Both the position numbers and the translations under genes were made by a program. A stretch of 64,000 bases of DNA from Escherichia phage ECML-359: the sequence record OL631482.1; one strand, given 5' to 3'. Below are positions 41,133-50,554 of the stretch, piece after piece (position 1 is the stretch's first letter; each line of letters begins with the position of its first letter). The notes under the pieces were generated by a model that ran no database searches, had not been told where the DNA came from, and saw only the letters and a program-made list of their open reading frames with translations.

Positions 41133-42413
41133 ATGGCAAAGATTAACAAATTACTGCGCGAGTCAACTATTACTACCAGCAACTCCTTGGGCCGCCCGAA
41201 TCTTGTTGCTTTGACCCGCGCTACGACTAAATTGATTTACCGCGATATCATCGCTGAACAACGTACTAACCAACCTGTTGCTGCACTGTATGGTGTTAAA
41301 TATCTTACTCCTGATAACGAATTCAGTTTCCAGACGGGCGCTACTTATGGAGGTGAAGTCGGTTCTAAAGACCGTACAACTATTCCAGAATTAGCTACAG
41401 CCACTCAGCCTGTTGCTAAAGGCGAATATGTAAAATACCAAAATATCGTTTACAAAGCTCTGGTTGATAATCCATTTGCATCGACCACAGAAACAGTGTT
41501 ATCTGATGTTCTGCAAGAAGGTCTTATTGCATCGACTATTCGTTTAGTTCCTGATGCTGCACACACCGAAAAATTCGAAGCTGGTGATGTTGAAATTAGC
41601 AATGCTGTATTCCAGGTTAATAAATGGAATGCTCCGGTTAAAACACGTAAATTGAAAACTGCATTAACTGTTGAACTTGCTCAGGATATGGAAGCAAATG
41701 GTTTTAACGCTCCTGCATTCTTGGAAGACCTGCTTGCCACTATTATGGCAGATGAAATTAACAAAGATGTTCTTCAGTCTCTTATTACCGTTTCCAAGCG
41801 TTATAAAGTAACTGGTGTTTCTGACAATGGCACCATCGATTTAACATACGATGCAGCCCCAGAAGGTGCACGTAAACTGTACGAACTGGTTTGCGAAATG
41901 AACTCCGAAATTCAGAAAACTACATCTTATTCCGGTACCTTTGTTGTTGCCTCTAGCCGTGTTGCTGCTATGTTGGCCGGTTCTGGTTGGTTGAAACACA
42001 GGCCAGAAGACGAACAGTGGCTCCCCGAAACAGCGTACGGTTATTTGATTAATGGCCTCCCTGTATTCTGTGATGTTAACAGTCCATTGGATTATGTAAC
42101 TGTTGGTGTTAAAGAAAATTACGGCGGAAACGAAGTCGTAGGCTCAATTTTCTATGCTCCTTATACCGAAGGCCTGGACTTGGATGATGAAGAGCACGTT
42201 GGTGCGTTTAAGGTCATTGTGGACCCAGACAGCTTGCAGCCATCTATCTCTCTGATGGTTCGTTACGCACTTTCAGCTAACCCGTACACCGTTGCTAAAG
42301 ACGATAAAGAAGCTCGTATTATCGATGCAACCAATATGGATTTAATGGCCGGTCAGAGCAATATGTCTTATCTGCTCGGTGTTAAACTTCCGCCAATCAT
42401 TTATGAGGCGTAA
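41133..42413 (+). CDS. 24: capsid vertex protein gp24
   Basis: MAKINKLLRESTITTSNSLGRPNLVALTRATTKLIY...; 426 aa; gp23-fold vertex protein. Confidence 0.9.
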   Translation: MAKINKLLRESTITTSNSLGRPNLVALTRATTKLIYRDIIAEQRTNQPVAALYGVKYLTPDNEFSFQTGATYGGEVGSKDRTTIPELATATQPVAKGEYVKYQNIVYKALVDNPFASTTETVLSDVLQEGLIASTIRLVPDAAHTEKFEAGDVEISNAVFQVNKWNAPVKTRKLKTALTVELAQDMEANGFNAPAFLEDLLATIMADEINKDVLQSLITVSKRYKVTGVSDNGTIDLTYDAAPEGARKLYELVCEMNSEIQKTTSYSGTFVVASSRVAAMLAGSGWLKHRPEDEQWLPETAYGYLINGLPVFCDVNSPLDYVTVGVKENYGGNEVVGSIFYAPYTEGLDLDDEEHVGAFKVIVDPDSLQPSISLMVRYALSANPYTVAKDDKEARIIDATNMDLMAGQSNMSYLLGVKLPPIIYEA

Positions 42414-43697
42414 ATGCAAAAGATTAATGCACTAATTCACGAATCAACATTAACGGCGGCCAACCAGGTCGCCCGTCCTAATTTGCTTTCTTATACCCAG
42501 GCTACGAATAAACGAATTTTTAAAGCACTCGTGGCCGAACAGAAAACTACCCAGCCTGTTGCAGCCCTGTATGGTGTTCGTGTTCTGAACCCAGATGATA
42601 AAATGACTTATCTCGGTGGAGCAACATTTGCAGGTCAGATTGGTATGTTCGAGCGTAAGAATATTCCAGAATTTACAAACAAAGACGAAGCTTATGCAGT
42701 CGGCGATATGTTCCAGTTTGAAAGTGTTGTGTTCAAAGTTTTGGAAGCATCCCCATTCGCCGGTACACTCGAAACTGATTTAGGTGAAGTTATTTCTGAA
42801 GCCATTGCTGCTGGGCATATAAGAATGATGTCAGATGCTGCTTTCACTGATAAATTTGAAAAGGGGCATCCTGAAATTGCTGAAGCTGGTTTTCGTATCG
42901 ATAAATGGCAGACTGAAGTTAAATCCAGAAAGTTGAAAACTTCTTTAACTGTCGAGCTTGCCCAGGACCTGGAAGCAAACGGTTTTGATGCAACAGACTT
43001 CATCGATAATATTCTCGGCATTCAAATGGCAGAGGAAATTAATAAGGATGTACTGCAATCTCTTATTACTGTTAGTTCCCGTTTCAAGGTGCAAGGTGTT
43101 TCTGAAAAAGGTGTATTGAATCTTACTGACCCGAAATATGATAACGCACAGGACCGCGCACGAACCCTGTATTATTATATGTGTGAAATGAATTCTGCAG
43201 TTCAACGTCAGACTTCGTTTGCTGGTACATATGCAGTTGCTTCTTCCCGTTGTGCAGCTATTTTAGCCGCTTCTGGCTGGGTTGAGAAAAAGGAAGACCA
43301 GGATGAATTGGCCTATGGTGTTCTGAAGAACGGTTTGCCTCTTTACGCTGATATGAATAGTCCATGCGATTATGTTATTGTTGGTGTAAATGCAGATATG
43401 GGTGAAGGTCAGACGGTCGCATCTTTATATTATGCGCCTTATACGGAAGGACTTAGCGAAGTTGATGATGAGGGGGATACCTCGGTTGGGGAATTCAAGG
43501 TTATTGTTGACCCTGAAAGCTTACAGCCTACGGTTGCACTGTTAGCTCGTTATGCTTTGACTGCAAACCCTTACACCGTTGCTAAAGATGATAAAGAAGC
43601 TCGCCTTATTGATGGAGCTGATATGGATAAGATGGCTAACCAAAGCCAATTGAGTTCTTATCTTGGCGTTAAACTTCCACCGCTGGAAAAAGAATAA
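42414..43697 (+). CDS. capsid vertex protein gp24 paralog (diverged second copy)
   Basis: 427 aa colinear with preceding gene; roughly 55-60% identical by eye over the N-terminal 60 residues. Confidence 0.85.
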   Translation: MQKINALIHESTLTAANQVARPNLLSYTQATNKRIFKALVAEQKTTQPVAALYGVRVLNPDDKMTYLGGATFAGQIGMFERKNIPEFTNKDEAYAVGDMFQFESVVFKVLEASPFAGTLETDLGEVISEAIAAGHIRMMSDAAFTDKFEKGHPEIAEAGFRIDKWQTEVKSRKLKTSLTVELAQDLEANGFDATDFIDNILGIQMAEEINKDVLQSLITVSSRFKVQGVSEKGVLNLTDPKYDNAQDRARTLYYYMCEMNSAVQRQTSFAGTYAVASSRCAAILAASGWVEKKEDQDELAYGVLKNGLPLYADMNSPCDYVIVGVNADMGEGQTVASLYYAPYTEGLSEVDDEGDTSVGEFKVIVDPESLQPTVALLARYALTANPYTVAKDDKEARLIDGADMDKMANQSQLSSYLGVKLPPLEKE

Positions 43698-43717
43698 GGG
43701 CCTTGCGGCCCTTTTTT
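43696..43717. terminator. bidirectional hairpin terminator (second gene 24 copy / rnlB)
   Basis: aagggccttgcggccc followed by tttttt. Confidence 0.6.
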
Positions 43718-44723
43718 ATTCACTAATTAATGCAATCCATACATGTCTTAATGTTTCTTTTACATTTGCGATAAGTTGCTTTTTAACTTCAACAGGATTT
43801 TCTGTCTGGGTTAATTCAAGTCCTTCACGACCCGCTTCTTCCAGGATATCCTGAACAGTCAAACCCATTACCTTCCCAAAATCCTTCGGCGATACTTCCC
43901 CAATCTTACTGATAACATTGTTAATACGGTTGACAGTCACATAATCAGTAAACTTCCATAAAACATCCAGGTCTTCCTGGGACAACACAACAGCAGCCTT
44001 AATAGGCTTATCAGACTTTTTCTTTTCGCTGAATTTAGAGTTCTTACATTTAATCGCTACACGCTCGCCGTTAGGTAACCATGCAGGAACATCAGGTTTT
44101 AATACAAATCCTTCAGCAGTGAATACTTTACCTTCCACCTTTGCATCAAAATCAGTGGTATTTGCTGTAGTCAATCCTGCGTTATCCACTGTAAAATTGT
44201 AATCAGGGACCACAGAATCCAGGTCATTAGGGAGCTTAATCAAGTCTTCAAAGCTTCCGGTAGCCAGGCGCGGAGCAACTTTAAACTTATGAATAATACA
44301 AAAGGCTTCCATCAGTGTGTCAGTCAGGACGGATTCAGTTCCATCTTCTTTAGTAACGCGAATATCAAACACATAAAAATCTTTATCACCGTAATCCACA
44401 TTCTTCTGGATACCTGCCCCGGCAAACTCACCATAAATCTGATATGCCTGGTAATTAATATCCTGCAAAAGTTTCTGCACAGATTTAATAGAATCTGCGT
44501 AGTTCTTTAATACAATTTCATAACCATAGAAATCTTCTGCAGGTAGGATAGGTCCAGTGCGTTTCGCGCATGTCACATTGTCTTGTTCAATGATTAATGA
44601 AAAGTTGGTACCATGAATTTTCTCACGAGCTACCCATTCACCGCTGGTGAAGCCTTGCAGGCGAATCTTTTCAATGAACTTGTTATTATAGTGATTTTCA
44701 AGGCTGTTGTATTTCTTAAACAT
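43716..44723 (-). CDS. rnlB: RNA ligase 2
   Basis: [19 protein letters not shown]...[13 protein letters not shown] (nucleotidyltransferase lysine motif KxHG); 335 aa. Confidence 0.93.
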   Translation of the reverse strand: MFKKYNSLENHYNNKFIEKIRLQGFTSGEWVAREKIHGTNFSLIIEQDNVTCAKRTGPILPAEDFYGYEIVLKNYADSIKSVQKLLQDINYQAYQIYGEFAGAGIQKNVDYGDKDFYVFDIRVTKEDGTESVLTDTLMEAFCIIHKFKVAPRLATGSFEDLIKLPNDLDSVVPDYNFTVDNAGLTTANTTDFDAKVEGKVFTAEGFVLKPDVPAWLPNGERVAIKCKNSKFSEKKKSDKPIKAAVVLSQEDLDVLWKFTDYVTVNRINNVISKIGEVSPKDFGKVMGLTVQDILEEAGREGLELTQTENPVEVKKQLIANVKETLRHVWIALISE

Positions 44724-44808
44724 AATCTCTCACTTTTGATGTTATAAATATCATTATAAATTAGACCCGCTATACTTTCTTTCTTTGAAAGGAATTAATA
44801 GTCACAAA

Positions 44809-44847
44809 GGGTCTAGAACCATTATACCGCATTTTTATTTGAAGCAA
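44809..44847 (-). promoter_or_regulatory. MotA-box middle promoter (TTGCTTCA-N13-TATAAT-GGTTCTAGACCC) for rnlB
   Basis: motif upstream of rnlB in sense orientation. Confidence 0.55.
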
Positions 44848-44853
44848 AAAGGG

Positions 44854-45117
44854 TCAGAATTTTACATACAGCATTGGCTTGGATTCTTGCCAATCATAAT
44901 TCCAGGTAAAAGATGTAAATTTTTCTGCTCGCAGAAATTCAGATATCTTTGCGCGGTTTCCTTCTTCATACTCTTTTTCAGAAACTGCCATATTAACAGC
45001 ATCTTTGCCGTTCTCGGCGGCGGCAATAGCCACTTTGCGAAATATAGAAATAAAGTCATTTGCAACTTTATCTTGTGACTCTTTGGCTATTTGGCGTAGT
45101 TCTTCTGCGAATGTCAT
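44854..45117 (-). CDS. gp24.2-like hypothetical protein
   Basis: 87-aa ORF; position matches T4 24.2. Confidence 0.6.
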   Translation of the reverse strand: MTFAEELRQIAKESQDKVANDFISIFRKVAIAAAENGKDAVNMAVSEKEYEEGNRAKISEFLRAEKFTSFTWNYDWQESKPMLYVKF

Positions 45118-45317
45118 TTCTTCACCTTTTTGTTATTCAAACGTTTACGATAAACAATCTTTTCTTTCGCTTTAAATTTAGCTTTGGCTTGTTCTACATC
45201 AACCCAGGCCTTTGCCATCTCTTTAGCAGTCCCGCCTAATACCTTGGCGATTTCAATAAATGTCATACCAGATTCATGCAGAAAATGTACTTTAACCTTA
45301 TCCATAATGATTCTCAT
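45114..45317 (-). CDS. gp24.3-like small protein, possible helix-turn-helix
   Basis: 67 aa; MTFIEIAKVLGGTAKEMAKAW HTH-like segment; basic C-terminus. Confidence 0.55.
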   Translation of the reverse strand: MRIIMDKVKVHFLHESGMTFIEIAKVLGGTAKEMAKAWVDVEQAKAKFKAKEKIVYRKRLNNKKVKK

Positions 45318-45457
45318 GTTGAGTTAGTGAAGCTATCTTAACATGGAATTTTTAACTTGTAAACATGATTTTTATGCCAGATGAACAATTGCATGGTATG
45401 GTCACAAAGACTCACTAGAGAAGGGTCCAGGTAACATTTGCCCAGTACCATAAAAAT

Positions 45458-45480
45458 AAAGGGACCAAAGGTCCCTTTTT
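45458..45480. terminator. hairpin terminator downstream of hoc
   Basis: aaagggaccaaaggtccc followed by ttttt. Confidence 0.55.
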
Positions 45481-45482
45481 AA

Positions 45483-46616
45483 TTAATAAACGTAATCGTA
45501 TATAATACCAGTTTCTAAAGCGGTGCGATGAATAACTCGACCATTACGAGATTCTTGTACATCAACCTCTGGATAGTCGGTAATCATTTTTTGAAGTGTG
45601 TATCGGTGCAAATAATACGGGCTATCCGGGTCATCAGTTTTCCAGTCTTGGCCGGCAAGAGTCATTTTCTGAATTTCATCCATAACCCACCAACCACACC
45701 AGATATAAGCTGAATTACGTACTGGCAATGGGTGAATATATGGTAATTCGCCATCTGGAACTGGTGCGACTTTAGCCGTGACTGTTACATTACCAGTTTT
45801 GGTAACGGTTACAGGGTTATAATCTGTAGCAGATACAACAACAGAAACTTCAATTAACTGGGAACCTTCGGCGCTTGTATCGATTGCTAAAGTATCCGTG
45901 GTACCAGCGACTGGTGAACCATCTTTCTTCCAAGAATAGGCAAAAGTAGCACCAGCAGGCGCACCGGCTACAGTAGCTTTAAAAGAAGCCGGAGTTCCTT
46001 CAGGAACATTAATAGAGGTCGGTGCTAAAGTAACAGAAACACCCGACATAGTTTTCTTAACAAAAGTTACCGCAGCTCCTTTAGATGCGGTGCCATTATT
46101 ATAATCGGGTGCAGAAACAGTAACTTCACAGTTCAATGTATAATTTGCTTCTGCTGATTCGGTGACGGTAATAGTTTTACCAGTTTGACCTGCGATTACG
46201 CTAGTGTTACGTTTCCAAACGTAAGCGATTGTTGCACCAGAAGGAGCGCCTGTCACGTTAGCAGTAACAACTTGAGATTGCCCCACTTCTTTAGTAACAG
46301 AGGCAGGGTCTAAAGTCAATGTAATAGCAGGCATTGTTTTATTCTGGATAGTTAAAGTTGTCTCAGCCTCAGCAGTTTCCGGTTCACCGTCTGCCGGAGT
46401 GGTAGTTGCAACAACTTTAATAGTCTTACTGCCTGCTGGGCCAACAGCGACATAAGTCATTGCTGCAGTCACAGAAGATTGAGGAACGCCATCAACGGTC
46501 CATACAAATGATTCAACACCTTCAGCTGCAGCGCCAGACCCGGTTGCAGTGAAATTGGTTGTTGCTCCAATAACGGCCGTAGCCGCCAAAGGAGCAATAG
46601 CTACGGTATAAGCCAT
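45483..46616 (-). CDS. hoc: outer capsid decoration protein Hoc (Ig-like domains)
   Basis: MAYTVAIAPLAATAVIGATTNFTATGSG...; repeated Ig-like segments; 377 aa. Confidence 0.9.
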   Translation of the reverse strand: MAYTVAIAPLAATAVIGATTNFTATGSGAAAEGVESFVWTVDGVPQSSVTAAMTYVAVGPAGSKTIKVVATTTPADGEPETAEAETTLTIQNKTMPAITLTLDPASVTKEVGQSQVVTANVTGAPSGATIAYVWKRNTSVIAGQTGKTITVTESAEANYTLNCEVTVSAPDYNNGTASKGAAVTFVKKTMSGVSVTLAPTSINVPEGTPASFKATVAGAPAGATFAYSWKKDGSPVAGTTDTLAIDTSAEGSQLIEVSVVVSATDYNPVTVTKTGNVTVTAKVAPVPDGELPYIHPLPVRNSAYIWCGWWVMDEIQKMTLAGQDWKTDDPDSPYYLHRYTLQKMITDYPEVDVQESRNGRVIHRTALETGIIYDYVY

Positions 46617-46625
46617 AATAAACCC

Positions 46626-47291
46626 TTATTTTAAAGTGACAAAAGATGAGTTACGAGTTTCTCGTACTAGAACAGACCCATTACGATTGATGTAATAAAT
46701 CAAACTGAATAGGGTTTGATGCGCGGTGGGATGTGGGAAAGCAGTTGGACGTTCTTTCCAATCCGGAGTCTCAGAAATCCACTGATAAATCCACCATGGA
46801 ACAGTACAGAATCCAGGGTTCTTGCCAATAAGCATAAGATTTGGACTAAAGTTTTTTGGTAGAGCAAATACAGGTTTTTCAGATTCGATAACCTTAGCAA
46901 CAGCTGCTTCGAACTTTTCTTCGATAAAAGGAACATCTTCTTCGACCAAAACAACTGGTTCTTCGATTTCAACAACTTCAACCTTTGCTTCGGTTAGAGC
47001 ATCAAATAAGAGTTTAGCTTCTTCTTTAGCTGACTCATCGCCATCAAATTTAGCACCTGACAATTCATCGTCAGCATCAATAAGGTCGGTGATGCTCAGG
47101 CCTTCATTATCATCAGGCATAGGCATGTCAGCAAATGCTTTAAGTCCTGCTTCCAGGTCAGCCAACATATTATCAAAGGTTTTTGTTTTCTTAACATCAA
47201 CGCCAAGTGATGCTGCGTATTCGGCTAATTTTTCTTTGGCTTCTTTTTTCTCGAGGACACGAATTTCCTCAATGTAGTTCTTGTCAATCAT
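46626..47291 (-). CDS. inh: inhibitor of prohead protease
   Basis: 221 aa; position between hoc and uvsW. Confidence 0.75.
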   Translation of the reverse strand: MIDKNYIEEIRVLEKKEAKEKLAEYAASLGVDVKKTKTFDNMLADLEAGLKAFADMPMPDDNEGLSITDLIDADDELSGAKFDGDESAKEEAKLLFDALTEAKVEVVEIEEPVVLVEEDVPFIEEKFEAAVAKVIESEKPVFALPKNFSPNLMLIGKNPGFCTVPWWIYQWISETPDWKERPTAFPHPTAHQTLFSLIYYINRNGSVLVRETRNSSFVTLK

Positions 47292-47309
47292 GATGAACCT
47301 CGGTTAGTG

Positions 47310-47317
47310 TATAAATA
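47310..47317 (+). promoter_or_regulatory. late promoter TATAAATA (uvsW)
   Basis: exact TATAAATA about 30 nt upstream of ATG at 47346. Confidence 0.6.
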
Positions 47318-47345
47318 TAGATATATTTATTACCTTGGAATCATC

Positions 47346-48845
47346 ATGGATATTAAAATCAACTTTCTAAATTTTAGTCACGTGCATGTTGAATGTGAAG
47401 ATGGAATCTTCTACGAACTCCGTGATTACTTCAGCTTCGAAGCTGAAAACTATCGCTTCAATCCAAAATTCAAGCAGGGAGTTTGGGACGGACGAATCCG
47501 CCTCCTGGATTACAATCGTAAATTACCATACGGTTTGGTTAATCAAATTAAAAAGTTCGCTGACCAGTTTGGCTATTCATTCTGGATTGACCCACAAATC
47601 ACCGAGAAAGAAGAAATCTCTCGCGAAGAATTCGACAAATGGGTCGAGTCAAAAGAAATCTATTCAGGCAATACTAAGATAACGCCCCATTGGTATCAAT
47701 CTGACGCCGTATATGATGGTCTGGTCAACAGAAGAAAGATTCTGAACTTACCTACGTCTGCGGGTAAAAGCCTCATCCAGGCGCTTCTGGCGCGATATTA
47801 TCTCGAGAACTATGAAGGCAAGGTGCTTATCCTTGTTCCTACAACCGCGCTTGTTGACCAGATGATTAATGACTTTGTTGATTATCGGCTTTTCCCTCGT
47901 GAAGCTTGTCTGGGTATTCGTTCCGGGACTAAACGCGATTCTGATGCGATGATTTATGTATCGACTTATCAGACGGCTGTAAAACAACCTAAAGAATGGT
48001 TTGAACAGTTCGGCCAGTTTATGAATGACGAATGTCACATGGCTACAGGTAAATCAATTTCGACGGTTATCGAAGGCCTTACGAATTGTATGTTTAAATT
48101 TGGTCTGTCAGGCTCACTCCGTGACGGCAAAGCCAACCTTATGCAATATATGGGTCTGTTTGGTGATATCTTTAAACCAGTATCAACATCTAAATTGATG
48201 GAAGACGGTCAGGTCACCGACCTTAAAATAAATAGTATTTTCCTTCGTTATCCTGATGAATTTACCGTTAAAATGAAAGGTAAAACTTATCAGGATGAAA
48301 TTAAGGTAATTACAAAAGCTACACGCCGAAATAAATGGGTAACAAATCTTGCTCTCAAGCTTGCTAAAAAAGATGAAAACGTCTTTTTGATGTTTAAGAA
48401 TATCGAGCATGGCAAATCGATGTTTGAAATGCTTAAGGAAGCTGGTCATGAGAAAGCGTATTATGTTTCCGGGGAAGTTGATACCGAAACCCGTAATGCT
48501 CTGAAGGTCATGGCAGAGAATGGAAAAGGAATTATCGTTGTAGCTTCATATGGTGTATTCTCGACGGGGATTTCCGTTAAAAACCTCCATCACATTATTT
48601 TCGCCCACCCGGTCAAGTCAAAGGTAATTGTACTTCAGACAATTGGTCGTGTACTTCGAAAACATGAATCTAAATCGACCGCAAACGTGTGGGACATTGT
48701 GGATGATATGGGGGTCAAACCCAAATCAGCAAACGCTAAAAAGAAATATGTTCATATTAACTTTGCGCTTAAACATGCATTAGAACGTATTCAGCGGTAT
48801 GCAGACGAACAATTCAATTATGTAATTAAACAGGTGGAAATATAA
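47346..48845 (+). CDS. uvsW: UvsW DNA/RNA helicase (SF2)
   Basis: ORF track 47307..48845 trimmed to MDIKINFLNFSHVHVECEDG...; Walker A PTSAGKS; DECH box. Confidence 0.93.
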   Translation: MDIKINFLNFSHVHVECEDGIFYELRDYFSFEAENYRFNPKFKQGVWDGRIRLLDYNRKLPYGLVNQIKKFADQFGYSFWIDPQITEKEEISREEFDKWVESKEIYSGNTKITPHWYQSDAVYDGLVNRRKILNLPTSAGKSLIQALLARYYLENYEGKVLILVPTTALVDQMINDFVDYRLFPREACLGIRSGTKRDSDAMIYVSTYQTAVKQPKEWFEQFGQFMNDECHMATGKSISTVIEGLTNCMFKFGLSGSLRDGKANLMQYMGLFGDIFKPVSTSKLMEDGQVTDLKINSIFLRYPDEFTVKMKGKTYQDEIKVITKATRRNKWVTNLALKLAKKDENVFLMFKNIEHGKSMFEMLKEAGHEKAYYVSGEVDTETRNALKVMAENGKGIIVVASYGVFSTGISVKNLHHIIFAHPVKSKVIVLQTIGRVLRKHESKSTANVWDIVDDMGVKPKSANAKKKYVHINFALKHALERIQRYADEQFNYVIKQVEI

Positions 48846-49078
48846 TGAAATCCTTTGAAGAAATTATGTACGAAGCATCAATTGAAGGCTTTATGGCTAA
48901 GATTGGTTCCTGTCAGACCATGGACGGTCTGAAGGAGTTGGAAGGCTATTATAAAAAACGCAGCAAAGAAGCTGAACTAAAAGATTCCGATGATATCAGT
49001 GTTCGTGATGCTCTTGCCGGTAAACGCGCCGAGCTTGAGGATATGGACGAAGACGAAGACGAAGACGAAGATTTCTAA
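48845..49078 (+). CDS. uvsW.1: UvsW.1 small acidic protein
   Basis: 77 aa; ATGA overlap with uvsW; acidic DEDEDEDEDF tail. Confidence 0.8.
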   Translation: MKSFEEIMYEASIEGFMAKIGSCQTMDGLKELEGYYKKRSKEAELKDSDDISVRDALAGKRAELEDMDEDEDEDEDF

Positions 49079-49080
49079 AT

Positions 49081-49112
49081 AAAAAGGCCCCAACCAAAAG
49101 GAAGGGGCAAAA
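49081..49112. terminator. hairpin between uvsW.1 and minus-strand small ORFs
   Basis: aggcccc...ggggc stem with flanking A-runs. Confidence 0.4.
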
Positions 49113-49131
49113 CCAAAAAATGGTTAACAAC

Positions 49132-49305
49132 ACTAGCTAAATTAAAAGTTGGGTCTCGTTCAGTTGCTCTTCTGTATTTTCCGTAACTGGCAAACTCTGA
49201 ACATAATTATAACAGGCGCCCGGATGCACCGGACCTTGGTCTGTATCCACAACCAATGCAGAATCGATTGGAGTTTTACAGACAACACAAATCTTATCTG
49301 ACATG
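49132..49305 (-). CDS. small Cys-containing protein (57 aa)
   Basis: Hand translation MSDKICVVCKTPIDSALVVDTDQGPVHPGACYNYV...; GGAGA RBS; below ORF-track size cutoff. Confidence 0.4.
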
Positions 49306-49332
49306 ATTGTCTCCTCAGTTAAACTTACATAT

Positions 49333-49443
49333 CTATTTAGTGCTCTTCATAATAGCAGCACGAGCTTTCATCTCATTAACAATTTCAGTTATTCGGTTTG
49401 CAGAGATAACCATCTCGTCGAGAATCTTACTAATATTTTTCAT
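49333..49443 (-). CDS. small ORF (36 aa)
   Basis: Hand translation MKNISKILDEMVISANRITEIVNEMKARAAIMKSTK; tightly packed between neighbours. Confidence 0.3.
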   Translation of the reverse strand: MKNISKILDEMVISANRITEIVNEMKARAAIMKSTK

Positions 49444-49677
49444 TTAATTTTCCTTAAAGTATCTCATACCAGTATCTATCCCCATATTGTGAGAATAGAA
49501 CGCATCATCGATGTATCCTGCAAATTTACCTTTAACATAGATAACATCTTCACCGCAAGGGTGGTCAGCGCAGATACGAATATCTGCACGATTCAATTTC
49601 CATTCCTTCATCATATACTTAATTTCTTCTTCGAACTCTTCGTCTTGGTTAAACGCATCGTCGATAGAATATCGCAT
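49444..49677 (-). CDS. uvsY.-1-like small protein
   Basis: 77-aa ORF immediately downstream of uvsY; synteny. Confidence 0.65.
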   Translation of the reverse strand: MRYSIDDAFNQDEEFEEEIKYMMKEWKLNRADIRICADHPCGEDVIYVKGKFAGYIDDAFYSHNMGIDTGMRYFKEN

Positions 49678-50111
49678 TATTTGCCTGCCTCGAATTGTCT
49701 TATTTCTAACATATGTTTAAGTGCGAAACTTCGCGACTTAACACCATCTAATGCAGCGCTACAGAAGTCCTGGAGTAGTGCCCAATACTGAATTGAAGTA
49801 TCAATCTTCAGTATGTTTGAATCTGCTGCCATGACTGTTTTCAATTCCGACTTCTCGTATACATCCATGCATACTTCTTCCCCTGGGTCACCTCTTCCCG
49901 TATAATGGTCTAGTCGTTTTTTCAGTGCAGTTTTCTTCTGAATCTCAAGACGCATTATTTCTTTCTTGCAGTTGGTATACAATCTCAACCATTTGCTATG
50001 CAACAAAACGTTGTTTTGTGTTTCATATTGAAGTTGCGTACCATCAATTTTTAAATCTGCATCTAACTCATCCTGAAAGACTTCTAACTTATATTCAATC
50101 TCTGTTTTCAT
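49677..50111 (-). CDS. uvsY: recombination mediator UvsY
   Basis: ORF track 49677..50141 trimmed to MKTEIEYKLEVFQDELDADLKIDGTQLQYE...KSRSFALKHMLEIRQFEAGK; the extended N-terminus lies in the promoter element. Confidence 0.9.
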   Translation of the reverse strand: MKTEIEYKLEVFQDELDADLKIDGTQLQYETQNNVLLHSKWLRLYTNCKKEIMRLEIQKKTALKKRLDHYTGRGDPGEEVCMDVYEKSELKTVMAADSNILKIDTSIQYWALLQDFCSAALDGVKSRSFALKHMLEIRQFEAGK

Positions 50112-50127
50112 AATGTATCCAATGTAA

Positions 50128-50166
50128 GGGTCTAGAACCATTATACAGCCATAAAATTAAAGCATT
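50128..50166 (-). promoter_or_regulatory. MotA-box middle promoter upstream of uvsY (oriF-like position)
   Basis: minus-strand reading AATGCTTTTA-N12-TATAAT-GGTTCTAGACCC. Confidence 0.55.
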
Positions 50167-50554
50167 AACCGTTTTGACTTAACTGAATCCTAATTTGTTC
50201 GAGGGTATCAGGGTCATCAACAATGCTGAACTGAACCGTTACGATAATGGAGTTATCATCATACATAGGGACAACTGCAACCTGTAGATTACTTATTCTT
50301 GGTTCGAAGTTCCGCACCGCGGAGACGATGTTGCGTTTAATGGTATCTGTAATTAACGGTGTGATATTCTCAAAAAGCTGATTACTTATATCACATCCAA
50401 ATTCGGGCATAAAAGGCCGTGACCCTTTTCTTGTGGTGATTATTCCCAGAAGACTGTTCTTAACAGACCTTGCACCAGTTACTTTAGCAACGTCTTTATC
50501 CCAACTTGTAGATAAGTTGGGAGATACATCGCTATACATTTTGTTTATATTCAT
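50165..50554 (-). CDS. 25: baseplate wedge protein gp25
   Basis: MNINKMYSD...LLGIITTRKGSRPFMPEFGCD...; 129 aa. Confidence 0.93.
   Translation of the reverse strand: MNINKMYSDVSPNLSTSWDKDVAKVTGARSVKNSLLGIITTRKGSRPFMPEFGCDISNQLFENITPLITDTIKRNIVSAVRNFEPRISNLQVAVVPMYDDNSIIVTVQFSIVDDPDTLEQIRIQLSQNG

Noticed and set aside
49303-49791. 162-aa plus-strand ORF
   Set aside because: Antisense to the tightly packed uvsY.-1 / uvsY minus-strand genes, whose own frames have RBSs and synteny support.
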